Shown one piece after another: positions 40,203 through 52,523 of a DNA stretch of 64,000 nucleotides. The notes beneath the pieces were generated by a model, which saw only the letters and a program-made list of their open reading frames with translations, ran no database searches and had not been told where the DNA came from. The stretch is from assembly GCF_009914755.1 (NCBI RefSeq), contig NC_060941.1, one strand, 5' to 3'. A program made the translations under genes and the position numbers. Position 1 is the stretch's first letter, and every line of letters begins with the position of its first letter. Origin of the DNA: the human T2T-CHM13v2.0 reference genome, Homo sapiens.

Positions 40203-42061
40203 TGCCGGGATCCGGGGTGGGGTGAGGGCAGGGACGGTCAGGGGCACCTCAGACGGGACCTAAAGGAGGCGAAGAAGCAGAAAAGTAAGGGAAATAACCA
40301 GCTCACTTTCCCTCCTAACCCAGGTCCTCCTCTCTGGCCCCAGGTGTAAAAGAAGGATGCACCTCTGAACGAGGACTAGAGATGAGTTTAGAGAATTCGG
40401 GAGTGCGAGGAAGGGTCCAAGATGTGAGGTTCTCATCCAAGCACAGAGGATGATGGAGGTCTACCTTCCTCTGGGTGATCCCTGCCGTATGACCCAGCTC
40501 ATCCCTAGAGTTGGGCCACTCCCAGGATGGTAGGTCAGATACACCTACAGCACAGTGCTAGAACCATCCCCACCCCAGCTGCCCAGGCCAACACAAGGGG
40601 CAGTGGCATTTTCCCCCTGCAGACCTGCTGTCAGCCCAAATGGAGGATCTAGACACATCTCAGCTTCCCCAGTTTAACTCAGGATACAGATGGGAGAGGG
40701 GATGGTCTATTTCTGAAACCCAAAGCTTCAGGTGACCTGCCCCTCATAAAGCCTCAAACGGGTCCTGAGTCTTTGAAAGAGTTCTCATGCCATTCCCAAA
40801 GCATGTTCAGTAATGAAAAGCATTTCACCGTCTACGCTGCTCCCCGCCTGGCCTGGTCACATCGGGCCCACTAAACCGACTCACATGCCCCCACCCCCTT
40901 CCCTCAAGCAGGGACTTCACCTCCCTGGGGAGCAGCTTTCTGGCCACCAGATACCCCTGGAATCTGGGAGATACCCCCACCAGAGAAAACCAAATTTCCA
41001 TCCCTCTCTTGACTCATACCAGTGCCAGGCAACTCTCTGACTGCTACCCATCTTCCTCTCCATGCTAGGGGAGGCCCAGATAGAAAGTTGGGAGGGAATG
41101 GCTTCCCCAGAGAAGAGCTTGACAGCAAGCTCTGGAAGATACAATTGCACCCCTTTAAGTGATACAAGGTCAGAGTGCAGGAAGAGGAGGGCAACAAGAG
41201 AAGTCATAACCACAGAACCTAAGAGCAAGAATTGCCCAAAAAGATGACATAAGCGAGTGCATCCTAGGCATGGATCATTTTTCAGAAGCTCCCCACCACC
41301 ACCAGAAGATTCTTATATGCAGCAAATGTTGAGAACCACTGCTCCAGGCCAATCTTCTTATTTTGAAGAGAAGGAAGCAGACTGAATGACTTGGCACAGT
41401 GACTTGGACAAGGATGTTCATTTATTCATTCAATAAACCAGGTCTCCTAACTCCTGGACTCTCAGTCTGTTACTTTCTGTAAACCAATCTTTCTGTAGAC
41501 CCTTAGAACGCTAAAGACCCCCAACGCTTTCTCAACCACATATCTGTGGCTTGAAGTTCACTCTTTTCTCACCACCTCTCCCTAAGGCCTGGAAGCCCTG
41601 GTGCCTCAGCTGGGCAGGTTTGTGTGCCTGGGTCTTCTCTACTGGTGGGGGAGGAGACCAGTGACTTAGGGCAGGATTGTTTCCTTCCTACAGCAGGGCT
41701 TAGCTGACCCTACCATCTCCTGCCTCTGGGACCAGGGAGGTGGCACTGATAGCCTGGGAGAGGGAGGGAGAGGAGGACGGGGGCACCTACTCAGGCTCCG
41801 GCTGCCTCACCACAAGAGGAAAACAGGGTGAAGTTGCAGGAAAGGAGCCCCAGGCCGGGGTGGGGCAGCACAGAAGGGGCTGAGCGGGAGCTGTGAAGCC
41901 AGGGACCCTAACAGCTTTTGGTGCCTGGGAACTGCCCCAGGGGCTGGAGGATGGGAAGGCTAGGATAATCTGGGCTCCAGAGTGGCTTCTCCTGGCAGAG
42001 AGCTGGAGAGCCCAGGCCTGGGATGCAATGGCCTGCTACCAAGATTTCAGAAACCCAAAGC

Positions 42062-42319
42062 GGGGTGATTCTCAGGTTCTAAGACCAGTCCCACTGGGTG
42101 GAAAACTGCCCTGGAGCTGGCTCAGTCTAGCAGAAGATGCAAGACTAAGACCCAGGAGAATAGAGGAGGGGGCAGGTCTTGGGGGTGATATGGAGCCACC
42201 CTTAGGTGGCAACCCTTAGGTTGCCTCTATGGTCCTTGACCCACCTGCCCCAGAGCTGAGAGGAAAGAAGGGAACAGGATTGAGTGCCAAGTATGTGTCC
42301 GGTTCACTTCCAGGCCTAG
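42062..42319 (+). repeat. Copy A of a local ~260-bp direct duplication
   Basis: Aligns to 43162-43435; 12 mismatches in the first 99 nt by hand count. Confidence 0.9.
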
Positions 42320-42599
42320 AAAGAGTTCAGGAAAGGAGAGAGCACAGCGTACATCGCAGGCTTCTCGCTCCCCGAAGTGGGAAGGCAAGTCGGTGCACCC
42401 TTATGCCCCATTCGGCTCTGCCTCTCTGGATCACCGGCTAGTACTCCCAGTTCTCAATGTCCCGGTCCTCTGGTTGTCCCAGTCGCTCCAGTTGCCCCGG
42501 TTTCCAGCCTCCTCGGTCCCTCCAGTCTCTCCCGTCCGCCCAGTTTTCCCTCCATCGGGGTTCTAACCTCTCAGATCCTTTAGGACCACCCCGCTCCCA

Positions 42600-43200
42600 A
42601 GGCCATAGGAGGCTGGGGCGCGTTCGGAGTGCGTTTTTTCGAGACAATCTCCGTAGCGCTCACCCCTGGCCACCCCGACCCGCGCTCCTACCTCGAGGCT
42701 GCGGCGGGCTCCGGGCACGGCTGGCTGGTGCGCTACTGACGGTCGCTCATAGGCCCTGTGCGCCGGCGAGCTCTCCAGCGGTAAGGGGCAGGAGCCCAGG
42801 GCGAGCCAGACCCGGCGGCTGGCGGCAGGCGGCAGGCGGCGGAGGTGAGCGCTGGCGAGAGGGCGGAGGACGGAGGGCGGGCAGGAGCCAGCGAGCGAAC
42901 AAGGCCAGCTCCGCCCGTGACTCACCCGCGCTCTCTGCCTTCATCCTCTCCCCAGCGCTGCTTTTTCCCCCGGACTCGCGGCCCCGCCCACCTCACCTGC
43001 GGCCGCCTTTAACCCTTGAGGGCTCGGCTGGACCGGAGGCCCAGCCAGGGCCGCGAGGAGGGGGTGGGCGGGAGTGGGGGAGGAAAGATAACTAGGGCGT
43101 GCGCCGCCCGCTCCCTCGCTCCTCCCTGGTCCCCTCCACTCCCAGGGAGAGGGGCCCGGGTGGGGTGATTCCCAGGTTCTAAGACCCGCCCCGCCGGGTG
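42600..43200 (-). promoter_or_regulatory. SP6: SP6 proximal CpG-island promoter and non-coding first exon(s)
   Basis: CpG island; candidate minus-strand donors at 42926 (GG|GTGAGT), 42692 (GAG|GTAGGA) and 42664 (GG|GTGAGC); GC boxes at 43060-43110. Confidence 0.7.
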
Positions 43201-43435
43201 GAAAACTGCCCTGGAGCTAGCTCGGTCTAGCAGAGGACGCAGGACTAAGACCCAGGGGGAATGGATAAGGGGGCAGGTCCTGGGGGTGAGACAGAGCCAC
43301 CCTTAGGCAGCAACCCTTAGGTTGCCTCGATGGCCCTTGACCCTCTCTGAACGGACAGCCCTGCCCCGGAACTGGGAGGAAAGAAGGAAACAAGATTGAG
43401 CGCCAAGTATGTTTCCAGTTCGCCTCTAGGCCTAG
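43162..43435 (+). repeat. Copy B of the local direct duplication (CpG-retaining copy)
   Basis: Aligns to 42062-42319 at an offset of 1100 bp and is ~16 nt longer. Confidence 0.9.
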
Positions 43436-46019
43436 GCCGTGTGAAATTTGTCTTGGCTGCCCTCCTTCGCCATTCCCCCGACCCCCGACCCCCGTCCCCT
43501 GCCCTGCCTCACCCCCCGCACCCCGCGCCGCTTCTCTCCACCACCACCCTTCCCCGTCCTTTTTTCCCTCTCCCTTCCGGGGTATCCCTCTCTGACCTTT
43601 CTGGGTGACCACCTCCTCTCCTCCCCTCTCCCAGCCTCTGCCCACCACCGGTCTCTGCTTCCCCCCTACTCTGGTCCCAGGTCCCAGCAGCTGTCACTCT
43701 GCCCCTCCCCTTAGGTAGCAACCCCAGTGCCTAAGAAATCCACCTCTCAAATTCGCCTCTCCTCGCCCTCCTGTCCTTCGGGAAATGCTCAGCCTACGCA
43801 CACCCTCGCCCCCGAGCACCCGGTTCTGAAGAATGGGCAGGCGCCTGAATGGCCCTGGGAAGGGACACTTCTGGAAGGAATTGAGCTATCCCTTGCCACC
43901 ATTCCTTTCTAATTCTCACCAGAATAACTAAACCCAAGGTTCTTAACTTTGGGGAGGGGTCTTGGATTCCTTTGAGAAAAATTCACATGCCCAGTGCAAT
44001 ATTCTGGTAAAATTTCAGCGCGCTCGCGGAGCTCACAAAAACTTCCCTCAAGATCTGGATGGGTCGACATTTCCGAGACCCGCAAAGCACCGGTGGGTAG
44101 GGAAGTTCCGTCCTCCACCCACGCATTCTTCTGCCTGGCCGCTGAGGTGGCCCCATGCTTCACTCCCATGCCGCAGTGTTGATCTCTCCATGTGACCCCT
44201 TTTTTCACAGGGGAATGCAGATTAATTTCCCTATTTCTTTCATTTTTCAGATTCGTCTCCTCTGTGCGCTTTGCCGTCGGCTTTTTAAAATTTCGTTTTC
44301 CTCTTTACAGTCGATTTCATACTTGAATTTAGGCTGATTTAATCTCGCCTCTACAGCCCCTACTCCCCCCCGCCATTGGTTTACCTGTCCTGCATGCCCG
44401 TTTGGGACACACTCAAACTGTAACTCAAAAATAGCTAAACCGAGTGCATAAGCGGGGTGAAAATCAATCCATGTGTGTATGCGTATGTGCATGGTACCCC
44501 TCAGACACGCACACGTTCTTATCCAGAATCGACGTCGGATTCATCTGTGCATCTCCCTCTTTTCTAAGGCTCATTTCCCTCATCCGGACAACCTGGGTAC
44601 ACATTGGTAGGGTCTCCTGGGGGCTTAAAGGAATTGATATGCCTAAAAATGCTTAGCCCAAGGGGCCCCTGGTAAGCGCCGGGTAAATGGAAGATATCCT
44701 TGTTATAATTATTAAATAAGTCAGTTCCAGGTAAATATTGGTTGGATTAAGGTGTATGCACAAAGACCTGTGGACTAGAAGTTGACGGATTTAAATTCTA
44801 GCCCCAGCCCTGCACTTGCTAAACTGACCCTGGCAGGTCAGGTGCCTCTAAGCCTCAGTTTCTTCCTTGGTGAAATGCTGTAAAAGCAGCCACCAAGCTA
44901 GAGAAGTGACAGGTATTTGGAAGCCGGAGATGCCGCCTGACATCGGGGGATTGAGATTTCTGATCAGTCGGGGTTTGCTTTTTGCCTTCTTGTTACTTGG
45001 GGCTCTGGATGTGGATTCACAGGAACTGCTCTGGATCTTTGTGGCCATGGCTAATTTGACAATCAATCCTCTTCATCAACGCAGCTTTGTCTCCATCCAT
45101 TCAGCCTACAAATCCTGGCCAGTTGGGTTTGTATCCTAGTTCACAGCTACCTCTGGAATGGAGTAGACACTCATCAGGTCCAAAACAGAGCCCCCAGTGG
45201 GGGACTCTGGTTCCTGATTTGACCTCTGGGCATTCCTGCCTCCTCCTCCAAGCTGCCTGCTGGTGCTGCATCTACTGTTCCTAAGGTGCTAAAGCCTGTG
45301 CAGGGGTCTGACTCTGGGTAGGGGACCAAGTTCCCCTCCCATTTATAGGCATCAGATTGCCTTCTCTTCCTGGCCCCTTCTGCCTTTTCCCTGGAAAGCA
45401 ACAGGGATTCAGCCCGAGGATGGTAGACACTCCCTGCTACTTTCACTCTAGGCCCCCTTTAGCCCTGCCCCGATCCAACCAGACCTGTAGCCATCTGGAA
45501 TTCCACCAGCAAAGACCCTCCATCTGCCTGCAGCTCATCAGCAGGAAATTCAACAACAATGCAGTTGTCTCTGGAAACTCCCAGCCATTCTGATTTCCTG
45601 CTCTGCCTAGGTTTCTGCTGCTCACTCAGGGTACTGGCACTATCTTTCCTCCAGTCCCCCTCTACTTGCAGTCCTCTGCTTCCAGCCCTTTTGGTTTCCC
45701 ACTTGCTAAATGTTTTCCCACCGAATGACGGCGCATGGTCTGATGTTAACTTAATGAGCAAGGTCACCACAGCCCATTGCCCATATACTTATTGCTACTC
45801 AAAATTGAACAACACAGCCCATCACATCTCCTGTATAAACTGAGATCTGTCTTGGACTTGGGCCATTTCTGCTGCTCTTCCTCATTCTCTCAAATAAATA
45901 GTCAGATTTCCCCTGCAAGTGTCCAACCCCCATTCCTGCCACCCCTCTTCTTCTCAAGCTTCATCTATAGTCAGTGATCCACTTTGTACCTGGAGAAATC
46001 TCATTAGTCTGCGTGTTTA

Positions 46020-46260
46020 TCACAAACGGCATTTATTTACTGAGCACCTACTATGTTCCAGATGCTTTACACAAATATCTCTAATTCTCATGGGCATGCA
46101 GCAAAGTAATTATTATTATTCCCGTTGTACAGATGAGGAAGCCAAAGATCAAAGAAGTTAAATGATCTACCCAAGATTACAGAGTTGTTAAAAGACAGAA
46201 GAAGAAACTGAGTTCAGATCTCTCAGGTTCCAAAGCCTGTATTCTGCCTACTAGTCCATC
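46020..46260. mobile_element. MIR
   Basis: catttatttactgagcacctactatgttccag...tattcccgttgtacagatgaggaagcc...gttaaatgatctacccaagattacagag. Confidence 0.7.
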
Positions 46261-47427
46261 TGGCCTCAATATGGCAGAATTGATGACCCTGGAAGTCTGG
46301 CTCCCCTAGAGCCTGAAGGTGGAGGAAACAGCATTCTTAAATGAATCCCTAGATCAAAGCCATCTCCTATCTTGAGTCTAATGGACAAACTGATCCCATC
46401 TTGAATTGCTGAGACAAGTCAGACTCTACACTTGTGATCCCTTCCAAACTTCAACTGTCCTGTAGAGATTGCACTATGAGAATATCAAAGCTGGTCTAGC
46501 CCCAAATTGTCTCGTCCAAGCCCTCGTTTTACTGGTAGGGAAACCAAACCCCAAAACAGGGACGTTAGTAGCAAGTTAGAAGCAGAGCTGGGACCAGACC
46601 AGAGTCTGGTCCTGTTTTCCTCTTCTCACTCACTCCTCTCCTCCATTTCCCACTCCCACCTTCGGGCTGCACTTCCAAGCCTGCAAGCTGATGACCCTGG
46701 ATGCCAACATATTCCTTATTTCCCCTCCTCTCCCCACCATACTCTCCTGATTCTTAGAAAACCAGATAGAGCCTAAAGCTGGGGTCAAATAGTTTTCTTT
46801 CATTCATCCTTTATTTCATTCAACAAACACTTATCGAGGGTCTACTTAAGGCCAAGCACAATGCTGGACACTAATTTTATTATAAATTTCAAAATCCCTA
46901 GCTACCACCATCGCTTTTCAGTCTAGAAGATGAACCCACCTGAGGATAGTGCATCTGTATGTCGGTGTGTGTATATCTACAAATGTGTGTACATATTATG
47001 CCTGTGTGTACCTGTGGGCTTGAGTGTAGGGTGTCTTCTCTCCTCCACCGTAAATGCAGTTCCCCATAGGATGTGGATAGTGGTTTCTCCCTTACTATCC
47101 TTGCAGGTGTTCTGTCATTCAGGGCAGTGAGTGTGTGTGCCCTGTATTTCTATTAACATTTATTTGCCCTTCCTTTCTCTCGAAATAAAGTTCCCAGCTA
47201 TGAATCCCTACCCCACTTCTCCACTGGGCTGACTACCCCAGCCCAGTCAAAAGACCTCCAAGGGATCCCTTTAGTTCTCCATGCAAACCCCACCAAGATC
47301 TCCCTCTTATCTCCCCCTTCCCAATTCAGAGAGAACCAGACCCTTCTCTATGACCCCCACTTTAGAGTGGAGACCTGATCCTCTTTGTGGAGGTCCCCTG
47401 TACTGGACAGGGAACAGCCTCTCTTAC

Positions 47428-47500
47428 CAGTCCATGGAGCCCAGAGCTGGCGGCGGCAGTGAGGGCCAAGTGGCGGTGATAAAAGAGCCAGGCTTTATAA
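47428..47500 (-). promoter_or_regulatory. SP6: Probable distal SP6 promoter: TATA box and short first exon
   Basis: TATAAA on the minus strand at 47494-47499, followed by a ~40-nt exon ending CTG|GTAAGA at 47428. Confidence 0.6.
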
Positions 47501-50500
47501 AGGAGGTGACAGGCAGTGCCAAAGGGGGAGGTGAAGGAGGGAGCAGGGATGCTGCCAAGTCCTCACGGCCTCAGAAGCTTTTAGGATAATCCAGGAAACA
47601 GTGGCCCCCAGCTCTCCTAGGGGAGTGGTAGGAGGTGAGATCTGAGTCCGTGAGGTCTGCCAGGAAAGGAGGATTTCAGCTGGGAGTGGGGGCTGGGGGC
47701 ACTTCCTTCCTTCCGCAGAGTTGGCTGGGCAGTGGGAGAGGGACAAAGTGGTTCTTGCAGGATGGAGGAAATGACAGCATTGCTAGGGTGGAGAGCTGGG
47801 ATAGCTGGAACTCTCCAAATTCCATCCCCTCTTCCTGAGTTTTCCTCCATGGACTTGGTAAGAGAGAAAGAAGTTCCATTTTTGAGACCTGAAGGGCTCA
47901 TGCCCCCAACAAACACACACACACCACACGTCTTCAAGTCAGTTCCTCCTTGCAGAGCTTCATGTCAGTGTTGTTGGCCTCTCTGAGCCACAATTTCTCT
48001 CGCTCCCTTTTCATCCTCTTTTTACATACTCACTTCCCAACTTGGATCCCCCAAGAGGACCCAGTGTAATCTATCTTTTGGACCTGGGATCTCTCATTGT
48101 CAAATGGGAAGGGAGGACCTTTTCCCTGACTTTGGATGGAGTGGGGAAGCTTAGGATGGACAAGAGGTCACCTAAGACCAGAAAGACCAGAGGCAGAGTC
48201 CAGCCAAGAACTGCTACAGACAGTTCAGGACTCCTGGAACTCCAGGAGGGTGAAGAGGGTAGGAAGGTGGCCTGGAAAAGGGAGAAGGGGCCTGAAGGTG
48301 AATTTAGGGGGAGCCCCCAGATCTCTATTTATATGAGCCTAATTTTAGGGTGGTTGTAAGTTTAGGTATACTGGCTAACACAAACATGTCCCAGGGCAGA
48401 GATGGACAAAAGACCAGGAAGGAGAACGGAGATGAAACAGAAGAGTAAGACTTGTTTCCCAAAGCTCACTGAAGCTGTGAACTCTGACCCACATAGGAGA
48501 GTGGCCTGGGGACTTTTCACGGGATGACATCCTGTTTTTGACCACAGCCCAATGCCCTTGGCAGAGGACAGGAGCAGTTGTACCCCCTCTACACACACCA
48601 GAACCCAGTACCCCAAGACTTACATGCTACCTCCCTCCCAGGATGAGCCAGGGAGTCTTTACCCAAAACTCTTCTCCTGCTCCTCCCCTATACCCTCAGC
48701 AACCTCTAGACTGGGGATTCCCAGTCTCTTCATTAACTTTTCAGCAATTATCCCATAAAGGCCCTGACAGGTCCTTCCTCTCCCCATTTCAGAGATGAGA
48801 ACACTGAGGCCCTGAAGAGGTAAAAGCTCAGCAGAAAGCCACCCATCAAGCAGGAGAGAATAGAGTATTAGAGGGCTTAGGAGGCAGAGCTGGACCTCTT
48901 TCTTCAATCTTAGGCAAAATTGGGAGGACAGGGCCAGCACAACCCCCTGGGGGAACCCAGGCATCAGGACTGAGGCAGGCTCCAGGGAGGGGCTTCCCTG
49001 TCCCTCCCCACCTTCCAGCACAGAAAATCAGAGTGGGGAGGGGAAACAAGCTGAGGAGACCACACAGGTGGAGTAAATAATGTTAATACGGGAGCATTAT
49101 CACTAGGGCATTTCCTCATGGATAAATGTCTCAAATACCAAAGGATGCCTCCAAATTATAGTTAATTACAGAGTTGATTTGCATAAATTATAAGGTGAGC
49201 ATACAAATTCTTTCAATCGGTTCCATATGCTTAGGTAGCAGGTCCAGTCCAAAAGATGGGAGAATCTTGGGGTTGGGGGGGAGTTTGGGAGAGGAAAAAG
49301 ACCCAGCCCTCAACCTGGACCTTCAGGCCCACACACCTTCCCCTGGCCTCTGGATCAGTCAGGGGTGTGTTTAGACCCTGCCTGGACAGCAATGAACACA
49401 GCCAGCACCCTACCTGGCAGGAGACCCCCTTTCCTCCTCTATTCGCACCTCCAGACAATGTGTTTTCCTAACACCAGTGATGGGCGGGAGAGAGGAGCTG
49501 GGAAAGCTATGGGTGGGTGCCATGCGGCCTGTAGCTTGGAGTGGGGGGCGGGACTGCAGAGTCCTGGCTTCTGGCCTTTGGAGCCAGAAGAGGGGAGGGG
49601 GCTGAGGAAGCTGAAGACCCAGTGGGGCTGAGGGTAGATTCAATTCAAGCCCCTCTCTCTTGATCTCAGCTCCCCTACCCGCCCCCTGGCCCCCACACGA
49701 GCCACCTCCCCCAACTCCAGCAGCTCACTCCCAGCGCCAGCCCTCGGATCTCAGGTTTGATGTTGCCGCTGCCTGCACCTTCCAGGTGGCTCCTCAGCGG
49801 CTCAGACTCCCAGACTTTCGTCTCCAGTGCCTGGGCCTATTTCCTCTGCCCTCGCCTCTCGGTCTCCCACCTCCTCCTCCCGCCCCTAGCTGCTAAGACT
49901 CTACTTCCTTCTTCAGCTCTCTAATTTGTTCCTCCCTCCGGCCCCCATCCTCAGCCCCAGAGGCCCATCTCCTACTGTTCTTCCTTCCATCTTTCTCCTC
50001 CTTGCCCAGCCTCCCTCCCCTAAAGATCCCAGGGCTCCCCTACACTCAGCTGTCAACTTCCCTTTTCCCACCCACCAACTGCTTTCTGCTTTCCAAGCTA
50101 CTCTTCCTCCCACCCCTAAGCTTGCTTACCTCACTGTCCCCCAAATCCTTACTGCATGTAGTTCTCTGATTTTTCTCAATATACCTGCTCCAAAGGCAGA
50201 CACTACTGGATTCGCTTAGGCTGCAAGGGGGAGGCTGGGCTAAGTAAGATCTCCCAAGTGTGTGCAGGTGAGAGTTTACCTTCATCTTTTTATCTTAGGG
50301 CAGGGGAAGATGATGAAGAAAGAGCCTAAAATGGTGTCTGGTACTTAGCAAGTATCTTACAAATATTTGTTTAATTGACAAATGAGGTGGAAATGGGCAC
50401 TGGTCTGTGGAAATTCTGTGGAAGTGTCAACTTGCTGACAAAAATTACTACTTGTCTCGATTAATTTTCAGGTCTCCTATGCCACTTCTGTACCCACCAA

Positions 50501-50542
50501 CCTAAGCTTTCCTGCACCTAATTAATGACAGATGAAGCATCT

Positions 50543-50848
50543 TTTTTTTTTTTTTTTTTTTTTTTTTTGAGACAGTCTCCCTCTATCACCCAGACTGGAG
50601 TGCAGTGGCGCCATCTTGGCTCACTGCAACCTCAGCCTCCTGGGTTCAAGTGATTCTCATGCCTCAACCTCCCAAGTAACCGGGATTACAGGCACCCACC
50701 ATCATGCCTGGCTAATTTTTGTATTTTTGGTAGAGACGGAGTTTCACCACGTTGACCAGTCTCCTCTAGAACTCCTGGCCTCAGGTGATCCACCTGCCTC
50801 AGCCTCCCAAAGTGCTGGGATTACAGGCGTGAGATATGATGCCTGGCC
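50543..50848 (-). mobile_element. Alu
   Basis: Long poly-T head plus reverse Alu consensus. Confidence 0.92.
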
Positions 50849-52355
50849 TAATCATCCTAAAGTGCCACTCCATCTTGGCACTTCCCATCTCCAACACATC
50901 CAGTGGCTCCACAGTGCTAAATGTGTCATCCAGGACCCTCCCACTTCACCTACGCAGTCTTCTCTCCCGCTGGTCCTCATACAAACCCTACAGCCCAGCT
51001 CAGCCCAATGGATTTAATGTTCACCAAACATGTCCAGCCTTCCTACCTTTGTCGAAATCATTTCCACCCCTGCCAGCCATTCTTGCCTCTGGAAAGCACA
51101 TTATCCTTCAAGCTCCTGGCTGGCACATAGGCGGCTTTCTCTGCAAAGGCTTCTCTTATCCGCACATCACTGGCATGCTCCTCTGAACTTCCTCAGCACT
51201 TATTGCCTCATGCTCTGCTTCCATGGGCTTGTTTTCTTATCTTCTCTACTGGTTGAATCCTTGAGGGCAAGAACTCTATCCTTTCATGCCACAGGGTCCT
51301 CAGGCCAGAGCCTTTCTTTGAGAAAGGGATGGATAAGCCACAGCTGAGTGAATTAGAGAAAGGGCTCCCCAGAATCCAAGCTTCCAGAAGCTCCTCAGCT
51401 TGGGGAGGGCATCAGTGAAGGCAGAAGCCTGGGTCGGGGAACTTAAAACCCAAAGATCCATGAAGTAAGCACACACAGCTTCCTACTGTCCCCCTGGCTG
51501 GCCCTGGTTGTGTGATGGAAGTGGAAGGACCCACAGAGTATCTGGGACATGCAGGGTTGGAGTGAGGGCTGAGGGAGAGTGAAGCTCCCCACCCTGTCAC
51601 CCTGCTTGGAACAAGGAATTGGAGGTTTGGGGCAAAGGAGCAAGGGCGGTAAGTGGAGCCGAGAGAAAAGGCTGGCTGGGTGTCAGTCACGGAGACAGGC
51701 AGAGGCAGAAAAAGCAGAATCCCCTCAGTCCCTCGGTAGGAATTTAAACTTCTTACAAGGGTGGAAAGATCCCAGTCATGTCGTGCCTCAGCTCAAAAAC
51801 ATTCAATAGCCCCCCATTACCTACAGGAGAAAATCTACACTCTTAGGCCTAGGATTGAAGCCCCATTCCCCATCTGGCCTCAGCCTCCCTTTCCAGCCAC
51901 ATCCCTTCCCACTCCCCAGGAGGCTTCTACTCCATCCTTACCGTCCACATATTTTCACGCCCCACACTGTTCCATGTGTGAAATGCTCTTCCCCATTTCT
52001 CTGCCTGATGAGCTCCTATGGATCTTTTAAATCCCAACTCCTATGTCCCCATGCTCTCTAAAGCCTTCTCCAGTTTTTCAAGTTGTACTTTTCTGTGCTC
52101 CCATAGTTCTAAAATATAGAGCGTTTAATATTCTCTGATGGGTAATACAATTAGCTGTGTGCATGTGTAAGATCGTGAGTTCCTTGAGGGACTGGAAATT
52201 TCTGTTCATCTTTGAATCTCCCCCAGCATCTTATACAGCAACTAGTACTGAGTGTGCAATAAATATATGTTGCACTGGATTGAATTTACACCCTTTGCAG
52301 AGGACAAGGGGCTGCCAGGTCAGAGGTTGGTGAGTTCTCTATAAATCCCCTTGTC

Positions 52356-52523
52356 GGCTGGGTGCAATGGCCCATGCCTGTAACCCCAGCACTTTGGGAG
52401 GCGGAGGCGGGAGGATTACTTGAGGCCAGGAGTTGCAAACCAGCCTGGGCAACATAGTAAGACTCCGACTCTACAAAAAAAAAAAAAAAGTTAAAATAAA
52501 TAAATAAATAAATAAATAAATAA
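52356..52523 (+). mobile_element. Free left Alu monomer (FLAM-like) with A/(TAAA)n tail
   Basis: Left-arm consensus only; TSD-like ataaatccc(c/t)ttgtc on both sides. Confidence 0.85.

Noticed and set aside
42457-43095. 212-aa + strand ORF over the SP6 CpG island
   Set aside because: GC-rich artefact with low-complexity translation
42062-43435. Direct repeats interpreted as LTRs of a retroelement
   Set aside because: No TG...CA ends, PBS, PPT or TSD seen, and the interior is the SP6 CpG-island exon
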